Shown: positions 12,021 through 25,100 of the stretch, piece after piece
Position numbering within the stretch: position 1 is the first letter of the stretch
How the letters are laid out: each line of letters opens with the position of its first letter
Source of the DNA: Octopus sinensis
Lineage: Eukaryota
Direction: 5' to 3'
DNA: 64,000 bases
NCBI RefSeq assembly: GCF_006345805.1
Contig: NC_043000.1
Location: 148,304,001-148,368,000, forward strand
Position numbers and translations under genes: made by a program
Notes under the pieces: model-generated
What the model saw: only the letters and a program-made list of their open reading frames with translations
What the model was told of the DNA's origin: nothing
The model's database searches: none

Positions 12021-12546
12021 TCTTTGTATCTGTCCCCTACTACTACTGGACAACTGGTATTGATGCATTTACATCTCTGTAACTTAGTGGTTTAACAAAA
12101 AGCATTGATATAATAAGTACCAGCATGGCCTCAGTTTAATGACTGAATCAAGTAAAAGATGATAAAATATCATTTTTATGTTGTTTACCTATAATTTGTA
12201 TCTTATTCTTGCTATTTTACCTCAGTTATTTTCTACTCGCTGTTATAACAAATATCAAGGATAATTCACTCGAACAAAACTTGATTTTGGTAGATCTTTT
12301 AGCTTTCCTTTTACTGGTTTCAATCATTAGACTGTGGCCATGCTGGGGCACTGCCTTGAAAAATGTTTGGTCAAATAAACTGACCGAGTACTTATATTTT
12401 CCTTTGAGCCTTGTACTTGTTCTACTGGTCTCTTTGCTGAGCTGCTAAGTTACAGGGATGCAGACACACCAACACCGGTTGCCAAGCAGTGGTGGGGACA
12501 AACTCTGGCACAAAGACACACACAAACACATAGATATATACATATA

Positions 12547-13059
12547 CTAGCAGTATCGCCCGGCGTTGCTCGGGTTTGTAAGGGAAATAACTATATAAGC
12601 ATTTTTAGAGAGTTACTTCCCTTATAGATGCCAATTCGGGCTTTCTTAGCCATTTCTGTTTTGGTGTCTTCAAGCCATGAAGTCGTTGTTCTAAAAGAAC
12701 GCTATTCTCCTTGACAATGCATTGCGACGTTGATTTCTTTACACTCCCTTCCCCACAGCTTCACGAGGGAGGGAAGGGGGAGAAGCAAACAGGTGCAGCT
12801 GTGAGCGTGGACGCCAACTCCGTCGCCATCGACACACGAAAAATTATGTATTAAAATGGAATAAAAAATGATGTTAAATTATTTTTTAAATCGTAGACTC
12901 ATCGTTGACGCGCGCTAATAGCCAGACGGGCTCGATATGAATCACGACTATAAGATACCCGAATTTGGTTAAACTGCACCACAATGTGGGAGGAGTTAGG
13001 AATCTAAATCGAAGGGGACAGACACTCACACAACTAGAGTTTTATATACATATATATGA
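12547..13059 (-). mobile_element. Non-autonomous Helitron
   Basis: Minus strand starts TC, ends CTAG with a subterminal hairpin cccg-agcaacgc-cggg, inserted between A and T; homologous to 44907-45302. Confidence 0.88.
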
Positions 13060-13069
13060 TATATATAAA

Positions 13070-13300
13070 GGGGGCGAGCTGGCAGAAACGTTAGCACGCC
13101 GGGCGAAATGCGTAGCCGTATTTCGTCTGCCGTTACATTCTGAGTTCAAATCCCGCCGAGGTCGACTTTGCCTTTCATCCTTTCGGGGTCGATTAAATAA
13201 ATACCAGTTACACACTGGGGTCGATATAATCAACTTAATCCGTTTGTCTGTCCTTGTTTATCCCCTCTGTGTTTAGCCCCTTGTGGGTAGTAAAGAAATA
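13070..13300 (+). mobile_element. SINE family C
   Basis: Near-identical to 1383-1619. Confidence 0.9.
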
Positions 13301-13469
13301 TATATATGATGGGCTTCTTTCAGTTTAACAAATCCACTCACAAGGCTATGGTTGGCCTGAAGTTATAATAGAAAACATTTGCTCAAGGTGCCACACAGCA
13401 GGATTGAACTAGGAACCATGCAGTTGGGAAGCAAGATTCTAACCACACATCCACACTTGCATGATTTGT

Positions 13470-14045
13470 GCAATAGTTGGATTAGTTCAGGAGGGAATTC
13501 ACTTCATCCCCTCTACCACTGAAATATATCTACCAAGGACATTTTGTTTTTCTTATTTCCTTTACAGTTGGAAAGGAAATTCCTCCTGTCAACTGTATCA
13601 TCATTATTGCTATCCTACTGCTCTCTTCTGCATCTCCTCTATCTTCCCCAACTCATCCATCATTGGTCACCCCGCCCCATCACTACCACTCCTTATACTC
13701 ACTCTTCAACCCTACCCAATCTTTACCAGTGTTGCATTCCTCCCAGTTCTCTTCTTACATTCTCTCGTCTCTATCTCCCCTATGCATTTGCAACCCTCAC
13801 TCATCACATTCTCCTAGTCTCTGTTCCCACTCTTACATCGAAGGGGCCACCTGGACACCTCATCACCACTATCTCTCTTCAGCTCTTACTGATCATTCTA
13901 ACCCCCTTTTCTAAATGTGAGTAGCCATGGAACACCTCTACAATAAGAACCTACTCTGCCCCTTTTTCTTATATCTTAGCCCTCATCTCTCAGCATAAAT
14001 CTGCCCCCACCTCATCTCCTGAGGTTGCAGTCCTGTGAACCACAT
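13470..14045 (+). repeat. Degraded dispersed repeat (possibly a Penelope 3' region)
   Basis: Homologous to inverted 205-690; pyrimidine-rich degenerate ORF-like sequence. Confidence 0.45.
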
Positions 14046-14674
14046 AGTTACCTCATTAGTGCTAGAAATGTGCATGCACGCACACACACACACACACACA
14101 GCACTATATTCAAAGTGGTTGGTGTTTGATACAGATGCACACACACACACAGCATTCTACATTTGAAGTGGTTGGTGTTTGGCACAGATGTGCGCATGCA
14201 CACACACACACACACACACAAGAAAAAAAGGCACCAAGTACATGTAAAATGGTTGGCATTCAGAAAGGTATCCAACCATAGAAACCATGCCAAAGCAGAT
14301 ATTGGAGCATGATGCAGTCCTTCGACCCATCAGATCCTGTCAAACTGTCCAACCCAAGCCAGCATGGAACACGGAGATTATATAATACTGATGTATCTTT
14401 TTTTCTTCTTACTATCATTGCACCTGCTGATACTGATAATGTACTTGGCACAAGACCACAAATGCATAGGAGAAGGAACATAGGGAATTGCTTACTGTAT
14501 ATTAATGGCATAGCATAGCTGCATGATTTATGAATCCACTTTATCACTAAGTGGTTTCAGATTCAGCTCCATGCATAACACCTTGGGCAAATGTCTTTAA
14601 CTATAAAATCTTCTATATGCATATACAGGTTGGGCCAAAAGTCATGCATAAAATAAGTTCAATATGATCTGGGA

Positions 14675-14910
14675 TTTGGGTAGCGAGCTGGCAGAATCGT
14701 TAGCACACTGGACGAAATGCTTAGCAGTATTTCATCTACCGTTATGTTCTAAGTTCAAATTATGCCGAGGTCGACTTTGCTTTGCATCCTTTCAGGGTCG
14801 ATTAAATAAGTACCAGTTACACACTGGGTCGATGTAATCGACTTAATCCCTTTGTCCATGTTTGTCCCCTCTATGTTTAGCCCTCCCAACCTGTGGGTAA
14901 TAAAGAAATA
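14675..14910 (+). mobile_element. SINE family C
   Basis: 14-bp TSD aatatgatctggga at 14661-14674 and 14911-14924. Confidence 0.9.
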
Positions 14911-15353
14911 AATATGATCTGGGACTGTCTTTGACAGTCCCAGGTCAATTTTTATAAAATGGAAGCAAGATAAATAAAAAATGATGAATACACACGTACT
15001 TTGTACATGATGAACAAAATGATAACATAATATAAAAAGCGTCAAATGTTTCGATGCATGTCTTTTGGCCATGTGTGTGTGTGTGTGTGTGAATACATAT
15101 TTACATGTCCCAATGTATTGGCACACTGCCACTATTTTAGGCAGCAGTGGCATTAAGTCCTGCATGAGGCAAAATGTCCAGTAGCTTTGAGGTTCAATGT
15201 GTGAAGACATGGAATAAAGTACTATACATGAACACAAAGGATGATGTGAGAAAGGGCATCAAGGTGTAGACTGCTGCCTCAGCAGCAAGTCTTGCCCAGA
15301 CCCTGCCCTCACAAAAAAAAGTGGAGGTACAAAATGAAGAGTAAACCCTTTCT

Positions 15354-15605
15354 TATTTCTTTATTGCCCACAAGGGGCTAAACATAGAGGGGACAAACAA
15401 GAACAAACAAAGGGATTAAGTCGATTACATCAACCCCAGTGCGTAACTGGTACTTAATTTATCGACCCCGAAAGGATGAAAGGCAAAGTCAACCTCGGCG
15501 GAACTTGAACTCAGAACGATAATGACAGACGAAATACGGCTACGCATTTTGCCCGGTGTGCTAACGTTTCTACCAGCTCGCCGTCTTCTCTGCCAGCTCA
15601 CCGCC
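15354..15605 (-). mobile_element. SINE family C
   Basis: Reverse-complement match to the family C copies. Confidence 0.88.
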
Positions 15606-16761
15606 TTCCTTTCTACCATGTGGCAGCTGGTATAATTTGAACTCTTAGCTCTCTAATAATCCTACCATCTGTTGCTCATCATGACACTGAAATTTCTGAA
15701 ATGGATATGTTGTGAAGAAGTTCACTTCTCAAGTGCTTTTTGTACTGTACCCTAACCCAATCAAGGTCATGTGAGTAAATTTGAAAGACAGAAATTGAAA
15801 GAAGCTCAGCTCGTGTTTGTATGTGTGTGTGTGTGTGTGTGTGTGCATGCACTTGTGTTTTCTTGTCCTGACATTGTGTGGTGTTTGTAAGTAATCATCA
15901 CCATCAAGCATGTCTGGCCAAGGGATAATAATACCTTACATGGAAATGGGTAAGAGTTGGCTTCAAGAAAAGCATCCAGCCATAATCTACTTCAACAGAT
16001 TCCATCTGACTCATGCAGACATAGAAAAAGTAGGCATTGAAACAGTAATGATAATGTGTAAGCTTGCACAATGTGTATAGATAAAAACGAAAGTAAATCT
16101 CCCAAGAAGTGTGTGACCTAGTCTTGATGTTCTGTTAAAGCTATTTTATTGTCTTTGCATTATTAATGACGTTAGAAAAAGAAAGTAGCAAAAACAAAAA
16201 CAAAAAAAACCCACCAGGAAAATCATAACTTCTCATTTCTTCTTGATTTAAATTGTAGGCTTCATGCCAATAAATTCAGCTATGTTCAAGAGCTTAGAAA
16301 TGATGGTTTCTAATTGGGCTTGGCTTGCCAGTGTCTTATTTAAATATGTTCATATGGCAGTGTATATTTGTAATTAGTGATATCGATGAATAAATGATGA
16401 TTGCTACTATACGCGGTGACAGGTAAAATGAGAATTAGAAATATAAGCGAGCTGGAAACAATCAGGAATCAAAACCAAGCAATAGACATTGTGTGAGCTT
16501 ATTTCACACAAAATTTTTTAAATAATTAGTTATTTTCAATTATGTATAAACAAACTACTCTTAACCCTCAACAAAGATCAGGTGAGACCACAATAGAGTG
16601 ATGTTTTTTTCACATTTGGGATGGTACTGCTGTTTACAAACCTCCTAGATTTCATCCAGAGAGAGAAAGAGAGACACAGAACACTGAACTGATTGGCATT
16701 AAGTTATTCCCAATTTCTCATCCACAGACAAGCGGCCTCCTCTCTCTATCTTTTCTATTAA

Positions 16762-17180
16762 CCCTTTAGCATTCAAACCGGCCAGAGTATTTAACCCGTT
16801 TTATATTGTAAGTGACCAGAGCTTGCCTCTTACCTCAGCCCTACCATGTCATTCTAAAACTTTAAAAATCACATCACTGAAATCTCTAAACTACAAGATA
16901 ATATCGAAGGAGAGGAGCTTTCTCCGTCCGGGTTGCGGATCCGTGGAACAAGCTGCCAGACGAGATGGTGAAGATGCCGACGACCGCTTTGTTCAAAGCC
17001 TCCCTGGACCTCAAGTGGCCTGAACTCTTTACATGAACACCACCCTGTACTTAACTCCATGTCCCCCTACATGGCTTTGCTATTTGATTTTGAGCCAAAT
17101 TAACTAACTAACATGATTAATTAAAAACAATATAAATAAACAAATATCACATTTGACAGAATAATCTGAACACTAAAGGG
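16762..17180. mobile_element. piggyBac-type MITE interrupted by a CR1 fragment
   Basis: TTAA|ccctttag ... ctaaaggg|TTAA termini; related copy at 48798-49027. Confidence 0.75.
16905..17111 (+). mobile_element. 5'-truncated CR1-clade LINE 3' end
   Basis: 16905-17036 encodes RRRGAFSVRVADPWNKLPDEMVKMPTTALFKASLDLKWPELFT*, matching the CR1 ORF2 end motif FSxRVxxxWNxLP; (TAAC)n tail. Confidence 0.85.
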
Positions 17181-17609
17181 TTAAACTACAATGGTCTACG
17201 TGTCTCAGAGATGGATTGTCTCTTGCCACTACAGCTAAGGTAATCTCAACTCATTAGTCACTCTTCTTCCTCAGGCCCCATGCTAATCCCTATGCACAGT
17301 CCTTTCTTCTTAGAAAATTGCCTTGCTGGAATCTCCTGTTTTTGCTGCAGTTGTTGACTTGCAACACTAATGCAAGCAAAGCATCAAACTGCATCAGTCT
17401 CACTGCTTTGGAGGGTTTGCAAAGGACAGGAGTGCAGTCGCTTCTTCTGAGCCAAACTAATAACAAAAAACCTAAACAAAACGGCCACTGGAACGCATGC
17501 CTAATCCGTGATTTTTCTATTTAATTTTGTGAGTTTATGTAAATATGAATTTAACTGAGAAGCTATTAAATCTCAAGTTTAAACAAGCAGCTATAATTGT
17601 TTAGTCTTA

Positions 17610-18007
17610 TACTCTTTTCTCTCTTTTACTGGTTTCAGTCATTTGACTGCAGCCATGCTGGAGCACCACCTTTAGTCGAGCAAATCGACCCCGGGACTTA
17701 TTCTTTGTAAGCCCAGTACTTATTCTATCGGTCTCTTTTGCCAAACCGCTAAGTGACGGGGATGTAAATACACCAGCATCGGTTGTCAAGCGATGTTGGC
17801 AGGGACAAACACAGACACACAAACATATACACACACACTTATATATTTATATACATATATACAACAGGCTTCTTTCAGTTTCTGTCTACCAAATCCACTC
17901 ACAAGATATTGGTCAAGACACTTGCCCAAGATGCCACACAGTGGGACTGAACCCGGAACCATGTGGTTGGTTAGCAAGCTACTTACCACACAGCCACTCC
18001 TGCGCCT
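17610..18007 (-). mobile_element. SINE family A
   Basis: Full-length with a small internal deletion in the CORE-like segment. Confidence 0.9.
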
Positions 18008-18774
18008 AAATAATCTTTTTTACAAAAGTAGATCAAAATAATATACTTACTTCAAAAGGTAAATTTTTCAGAAAACATCTTGAAGGAAAAGAGGAAAAAT
18101 AACCATGCCTCCAGTTTTCACAAGAACAAATTCATAGCTAGCCACATTCAACTGAAAATAAAGAACAGGTAGCTTGAGTAATTATGTTAATATATTTAGT
18201 ACACCAATTCATTCTTATTTGTGAGGTAATTACTAATTATTTAAGAATATGGAGGTGGGGAATAAAACTTAATGTATATATATTAAGTTTTATCTAAACT
18301 ACATTTTGAAATAGCATGAATAAATAAATTGGTGCACTAAATATATTAACCTAATTAAATATATTAACACACCCATATACAAACACACACACATACATAT
18401 ACAATGTAAACACACATAAACAGATATGCAAACACACACATACAATTTTATTTTTTCATTTTAATTGTTCGTTAGATAAAATTTTTGAACTCATTTTTGC
18501 CAATCAATTTTTTTTATTTAAATGTTATCTGAAATAATTAAGCACAAATAGATTTGCATTTTTCATGATAATCAAAGTAAACAATTAGAATCTATGTATG
18601 TTAAATGAAGAAATGAATAAGCAAACAAGGATAAGGAAACCATGCAGGATCAAATTTAGCATGTTTTCATTGTAAGCATGTGTCAGCTGGATTGTAACAT
18701 AATACAAGGATGCACACTTTATATGCACATTCCTAGTGTCGACTCACTTGCAGTCTATTGTATATACACACATA

Positions 18775-19138
18775 CGGGGAGAGGGTTGCTGAAAAGTTCC
18801 TGGCTTTAAGGGTATTGCGAAAGGCTTGGTTAGGGCCCCGACCTTCTGAGTTCTTTTACAGGGCTTAGAAAAACTGAAGGACTGCTGCAATTAATGTGTG
18901 AATCTGAGAGGAGAATATCATCATCATCATCATCATTAGCGTCCGTTTTCCATGCTAGCATGGGTTGGACGGTTCAACTGGGGTCTGTGAAGCCGGAAGG
19001 CTGCATCAGGCCCAGTCAGATCTAGCAGTGTTTCTATGGCTGGATGCCCTTCCTAACGCCAATATATTCAATAAAATCATAACTGATCCTCCTGTACTTT
19101 CTTTTACCCAAAGCCGGGAAATTTTCAGCACCTCCTTG
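18775..19138. mobile_element. Mariner-type MITE with a family D SINE inserted at 18919-19060
   Basis: Same TIR family as 9423-9604; the SINE is flanked by an aatat duplication. Confidence 0.8.
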
Positions 19139-19997
19139 TATATACACATATATATATACTTTCATGTGTCTCTGAAGACTCACTTGTGCACACACACACA
19201 CACCAACACTGCATTCACTCCTGTTTTCAGGATAATTCATTGTATTTTGAGCACTATTTCTTGATGCTAAATTTAAAATTCCCACTTTTTTTATATTTAC
19301 AATAATTTTAATTTGCTGATCAAAACAGGTCACAGTCCAACAAACCCACTATTGGTAAATAGAAAATATATTTTCCCATTTTCTGTTAATTATAGAATAA
19401 AGCAATATATGTTTTTGCATGTTTTTTGTTTTTTTGGTTGAGTTTTTCTTTTCTTTTAGCTGCCCTATTTCTGGTGTGAGTTCATAGATACAACTGCATT
19501 TAGTTGTGTAGTTTATCACGGTAAAAGTGGCTTGTGTGTTTTGAGTATCTGAAAGTTGCTATATTGGTTGAAGTCATTATTCCTGGCAGCTCTAAACCAT
19601 ACTGGATATTGAGAATCAGCGAAAATGAAAAATGAACGAAAATAAAACACTAATCTTGCATCTTGTGTGAAATAAATAAATAAACAAAATCCATGTTACA
19701 AAATTGCAGAAATGAATAATATGAAGTTGGGAACCAGATACATACAAACCCAAATATTTGGTTCAATGACCACTGCTTGTCAAAGTCAATTGGAAGGAAA
19801 AATATGATGCAAGATCCTCAGGGAATGAGTAATTAGTAAGTTGAAATATAGTTTAGGAAGGAGAGTAGTCAATACTTCAAAACTTAAACTACCCACATCT
19901 CTCTTCAAAGTTCAAATAACTATGAAATATGTTAATTAAACTTGAAATGTTTTATGACTTTTTTAGACATGAAAATAGATATTATATTCTATTTATG

Positions 19998-20424
19998 ATG
20001 GAATGCTGAAAAGTTCCCGACCGTAACCCTTTTGTTAGCAACCCGGCTGAAACCAGCCCTGGCTCTGAGTACAAATGTCTTGTTTTTATAAATTTTGAAT
20101 TAAAATCTTCCACCAAACATTAGTCACAATTTATGTTCCTAACACTAGTTGAATGATAACTAAGTTATTTTACTAAATTCTTTGTTATATTTAAAATAAT
20201 TGAAAGAAACACTGAACGTCTCAAAATAAATACAGTAACGAAAGGGTTAAGGGTATTGTGAAAGGCCCAACCTTCAGTGTTCTTTTACAGGGCTTAGAAA
20301 AACTGAAGGGCTGCTGCAATAACTGTGTGACTGAGAGGAAAATATGTTGAATTAAATCATAATTAACTGATCCACCTGTGTTTTCTTTTACCCAAAGCTA
20401 GAAACTTTTCAGCATCCTCTCATA
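19998..20424. mobile_element. Mariner-type MITE interrupted by a piggyBac-type MITE
   Basis: gctgaaaagttcc ... aacttttcagcatcctc termini; interrupted at 20027-20246. Confidence 0.7.
20027..20246. mobile_element. piggyBac-type MITE (~220 bp)
   Basis: ccctt(t/c)gtta...gtaacgaaaggg|TTAA TIRs; copies at 48574-48793 and 52268-52847. Confidence 0.85.
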
Positions 20425-21349
20425 AAGCTTATACAGAAGCAAAATACTCAGCAGTTTAATTTATTAAGAATCTGTACACTTAAACAATTTACTTCAGTTT
20501 TCTGTTGGAAAAATATATCAGAACATCTTGAAATATTTCTTGTGAAAGGCTTGTGTCCTATCCTTTACTTTTGTTTAATGTGATACAGAGTTTAAGCACT
20601 GGCCCTTACGAAACTGTCCCCCTGCCATGGCTAGTGGGGCTATTTATAGAATTGTATTATAAAACTGAGATTACACTCATAGTTATGTATAACAATTGTT
20701 TCTATGCTATGTGTGGAGGTGGAGAGTATAACTAAGTTTTGTTGTTTAAAACACATTTCTTTGTAAACAGAATCAGTCAGAAATATAATGCAATACAATG
20801 AAAAATACTTGAGAAAAAATAAGTCCCTCCGCAATGATAAATATAGGAAAAAAAAAATTTTGTTTGAGATCTATGCATGAGATGAAAAAAATAAAGAATT
20901 ATTACAATTATTCACAGATGTTGTACTTCAAACTTGAAATTCAATAGGAAAATTTAATGCTGGAGGAAATGGATTATTGCTCAATGGTATTCTTTTGTCA
21001 ATGTTAATAGCAGAGTCTATTTAAAATTTAAACACCAGATGTACGTTAGTGAATGAATGAATGCAAGGATTTCCATCAGAAAATTAGAAACTTCACAAAA
21101 TTTTGCACAAGTTGTATGAAATAGCAACAATTGAGAATAAAGGAATTCAGTCAATGTGCACTACAATGCCTCAGCTGAAATGACAAAATATATCTCACAT
21201 CACATGCATGTAAGTATGCATGTATAAATGTACACGTGTACATGAGCATTGTTTTCATATTACCTAGAAAAGGAAGGGCAGCGCCCAGAACCTTTGCAGG
21301 CCATTCAAGTGACCGGATCAGGTTAACAGTCACTGAGTGTTTCTCTATA

Positions 21350-21733
21350 TGGATGGAAGCACTCCGTCAGTTACGATGACGAGGGTTCCGGTTGATCCGA
21401 TCAACGGAACAGCCTGCTCGTGAAATTAATGTGTAAGTGGCTGAGCACTCCACAGACACGTCCACCCTTAACGTAGTTCCTGGGGATATTCAGCGTGACA
21501 CAGAGAGTGACAAGGCCGACCCTTTGAAATACAGGTACAACAGAAACAGGAAGAAAGAGTGAGAGAAAGTTGTGGTGAAAGAGTACAGCAGGGATCACCA
21601 CCATCCCTGCCGGAGCCTCGTGGAGCTTTAGGTGTTTTCGCTCAATAAACACTCACAACGCCCGGTCTGGGAATCGAAACCGCGATCCTACAACCGCGAG
21701 TCCGCTGCCCTAACCACTGGGCCATTGCGCCTC
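21350..21733 (-). mobile_element. tRNA-derived SINE family E
   Basis: Minus-strand head gaggcgcaatggcccagtggttagg...ggtttcgattccc; 12-bp TSD tgtttctctata at 21338-21349 and 21734-21745. Confidence 0.92.
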
Positions 21734-21999
21734 TGTTTCTCTATATATATTTTGGTTCACTACATATGTTTAGTTTGAACATCTGTAAAGTGACATCTGT
21801 AAGAGTGTTGGACAGCCAATCTCCCATAAGTTATGCCCTACCTTCTTAAAAGAATGTATGCAACTAGACATTGTAGTTCTAGATAAAGTATGTCTGAAGG
21901 AGAAAATAGGATGAGGTGATCACTGCTAGTAAGCATTTAATTGTAGGCCTGCTGAATCAAGGCTAACAGACTCGAATGAGGTTAAACAACAATTTAGGT

Positions 22000-22365
22000 G
22001 AAGTCACACATTTGCAAGTTGAGCACAGATTGAGATGGAATAGAGTTTCTTAGTTCAGAGGAGCAGATACCATTCTGGTAGTGGTAGAAGGGACAAAGAG
22101 AAAAGACCAGCACAACTGTGAGCTCATCATTGTATAATGAATTGGTGAGTGATTCTTAGCCAATTAACCGAATAACCATCTGTGAAAGTGATTAGGATGT
22201 CTGTGTGTATAACAGCATTGATTGACATGCCAGATATGGGAGTAGAAATCTCATATGGGTCTTATTTGAGCACTGTAGATGGTCAGCAAATGGGAAGCAC
22301 TGAAGTATTTCCTGATCTTGAACAGGAAACATAATCTTTGGCATGCAGTTTCAGCAAAATTATTA
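22000..22365 (-). pseudogene. Degraded CR1-superfamily LINE RT fragment
   Basis: Minus translation AETACQRLCFLFKIRKYFSASHLLTIYSAQIRPI*DFYSHIW resembles the post-RT L...Y...IRP.LEY...W motif; contains stops. Confidence 0.6.
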
Positions 22366-23762
22366 TAAATGCAAAGTCACTGTGAGAAATGAGCAGAGGC
22401 TTAGCATTTTTAGTATTAGCTGTGTGTTGTTAATTCCTAAGAAAGATGTCAGATAATTTTCTTGATATGTAGAGTGACTGCTTTTTGCTGTTGGTGAAGG
22501 AGGTAAGATTAAAAAGCTCCAATTGGAACCGAAATGCATAGCTTTTGTATGGAAGGATCTTTTCTGTTTGGCTACCAAGGTTTCAAAAATTAAAGTCTAT
22601 CTAAAAATGTTTTAACTTGGTACATTAATGTAGTTTTCCAAGCTGAATTACTGGAGTTATTTCACTTTTTCCAGAAAATTTTAAAAAAGTTATTGAGATT
22701 TGAAGTTTGATGATTTTCACCCAGTTAGGAAGTAAGATTTGGAAGCTGTCATTTTGTGCGTGACAGTACATTTTGTCAATATCCTGAAAATAGCAAACGT
22801 TGTCAATATTTGTATTTTACATGCAGAAAATGAATAGACATCTTTTGTAGTTTTAAGCACTCGATATGCATTTAATGCATGTCTCTATCATAAATGCAAG
22901 GTTACCAGAGCTTGCTGCCATAATCAAACAGAATGATAAAATTTCCAGGTGGGTAAAATGATAGAACAAAGCATCAACAAGTGGTTTCAGTATATTTGTC
23001 AACATGTGCTTTCTCACAGAAAAGTGTTACTATGGAAACAGGCATAAATGTATGTGGCTAACGAGTGGCTAAAATTACCCAAAATTTTCAAACTTCAATA
23101 GTTAATAACTCTTTATTTATTGATTTATAGCGAAAATGATTTTCATGGCACTGATTAGCCTATAAAGTGTATCATTACACTGAATATGAAATCAATTTGA
23201 ACACAAACTGAAACTGTCTGCTAAATGGAAAAGATCCGTATGGAGAACACTAATGTGCAGAAAGCTAAGAAGGAAAAGTGTGGGATATTAAACTGAAAGT
23301 TATAGTACACCACAGTTGATAGAGTGTAGGCCAGGAAGAATTTTAACACCTGCTGCATTGGGGTGATCTAATATATATATATATATATATTCAAAACACG
23401 AAAAACAGATTTCTCATAGGTGTGCAATTTTACTAGATACATTTGAAATTCAGATGTTAAGATTAACAACATAGTTTACATTGAAATTTTCAGGGGCAAG
23501 AGATCATTTATGCATAAGGTAATAGAACAAATCTATGGGATACCTGTTTACCATTGTAGTGGATACAAAGTGGAATGATTGTTTATGACCGATTCCCTCA
23601 TCATCTCAAGGTTTTAAGTAAGGATGATACGTTGGTAGTTAGCAGGGTCAGTGAAAATGAGGTACACTAACAAAATACTGAAGAGAAAGAAAGCTCAAAG
23701 AGTTTGGAAGGATAAGAGCTAGCTGTGGAGTAGACTGATTTTAGATATTGGAAAGAACAGTC

Positions 23763-23936
23763 AGGCGCAGGAGTGGCTGTGTGGTCAGTAGCTTGCTTAC
23801 CAACCACATGGTTCCAGGTTCAGTCCTACTGCGTGGCACCTTGGGCAAGTGTCTTCTACTATAGCCTCAGGCCGACCAAAACCTTGTGAGTGGATTTTGT
23901 AGGAAGAGACTGAAAGAAGCCCGTCGTATATATGTA

Positions 23937-23986
<50 letters not shown>

Positions 23987-24204
23987 TGTGTGTGTTTGTG
24001 TTTGTCTCCCTAGCATTGCTTGACAACTGATGCTGGTGTGTTTATGTCCCCGTTACTTAGCGGTTCGGCAAAAGAGACCGATAGAATAAGTACTGGGCTT
24101 ACAAAAGAATAAGTCCCGGGGTCAAGTTGCTCGATTAAAGGCGGTGCTCCAGCATGGTCTAAGTCAAATGACTGAAACAAGTAAAAGAGTAAAGAGTAAG
24201 AGAG
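23763..24204 (+). mobile_element. SINE family A (inserted in an old LINE-like remnant at ~23590-24360)
   Basis: aggcgcaggagtggctgtgtgg head; (TA)n at 23925-23982; gagtaaa tail. Confidence 0.92.
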
Positions 24205-24909
24205 TCAGAACTGATTCAGTCTGTTGGTATGGAGAAAGAGTTTTTGCATGTAACAAACGTGGCAGAGAGAGGAGTAAATTGAAAAGAGAAGTTTAGGTAG
24301 GGAGTTATGAGTATGAGTGAGTAGTTGCAATGGACAGCAAATAACATGGCTTTATTAACAACTTACAGGGCCATCTTAATTGTGTGGTGGGTGGAAGAAT
24401 TATACAGAGTTAGTATAGTATCTTTCTTGGCAAAGCAACAGCCAACTAGCTGCAGTTTGAAGGTGAGAGAGAGCTTATAAATTGTGCAATTCATAAATGC
24501 ACTTACACTTTCCAGTTTATAAAAGAAGTTGACTTCTTCCAGATATATGTAGACATAAATATTTATAGTTTGCAATTCATGGATGTTGTGTAGAACTGAA
24601 AGAACAGACAGGTGATCTGATAAAAATGATGGCTATTTATGTTTATATATTTACATATGTAGTAGTATGAGCATTAACAGAGCAAGAGGCAATGTTAAAC
24701 AAGCTCATATCTCTGTGCAGCTTCAACTCCAGAAGGAAGTTAATTCACTTTTATGCTGCCAATTTTCAATCGGAAAGGAATAATCTTCACACCATCCTAT
24801 TTACTTTTCTTTAGAATATAATGTTCACTTTAGGAATTAAGAGGATAGATAAGATTTTCAATCAAACCAATACACAATGACTAGACAAGAAATGTTTTTG
24901 GTAAACATA

Positions 24910-25069
24910 GGCTGTGTGGTAAGTAGCCTGCTTAGCAACCACATGGTTCCAGGTTCAGTCCCACTACGTGGAATCTTGGGCAAGTGTCTTCTACTATAGC
25001 CTCGGGCCAACCAAAGCCTTGTGAGTGGATTTGGTAGATGGAAACCGAAAGAAGCCAGTCGTATATATG

Positions 25070-25100
<31 letters not shown>

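Larger units (their letters stand above)
12309..13460 (-). mobile_element. Older family-A-like SINE split by nested insertions (Helitron + family C SINE) in its (TA)n tract
   Basis: 3' half at 12309-12545, 5' half (gatgggcttctttcag...ccacacatccac) at 13305-13460. Confidence 0.75.

Noticed and set aside
18051-18151. Minus-strand segment with good acceptor (ttttcag) and donor (GTAAGT)
   Set aside because: It is 101 nt with stops in all three frames, so it is not a coding exon. A non-coding exon cannot be excluded.
21660-21733. tRNA genes at SINE E heads (also 53.5 and 60.3 kb) and at 47795
   Set aside because: A and B boxes are present but a complete acceptor stem or cloverleaf is not, and each continues into a SINE body (with TSDs for the family E copies).
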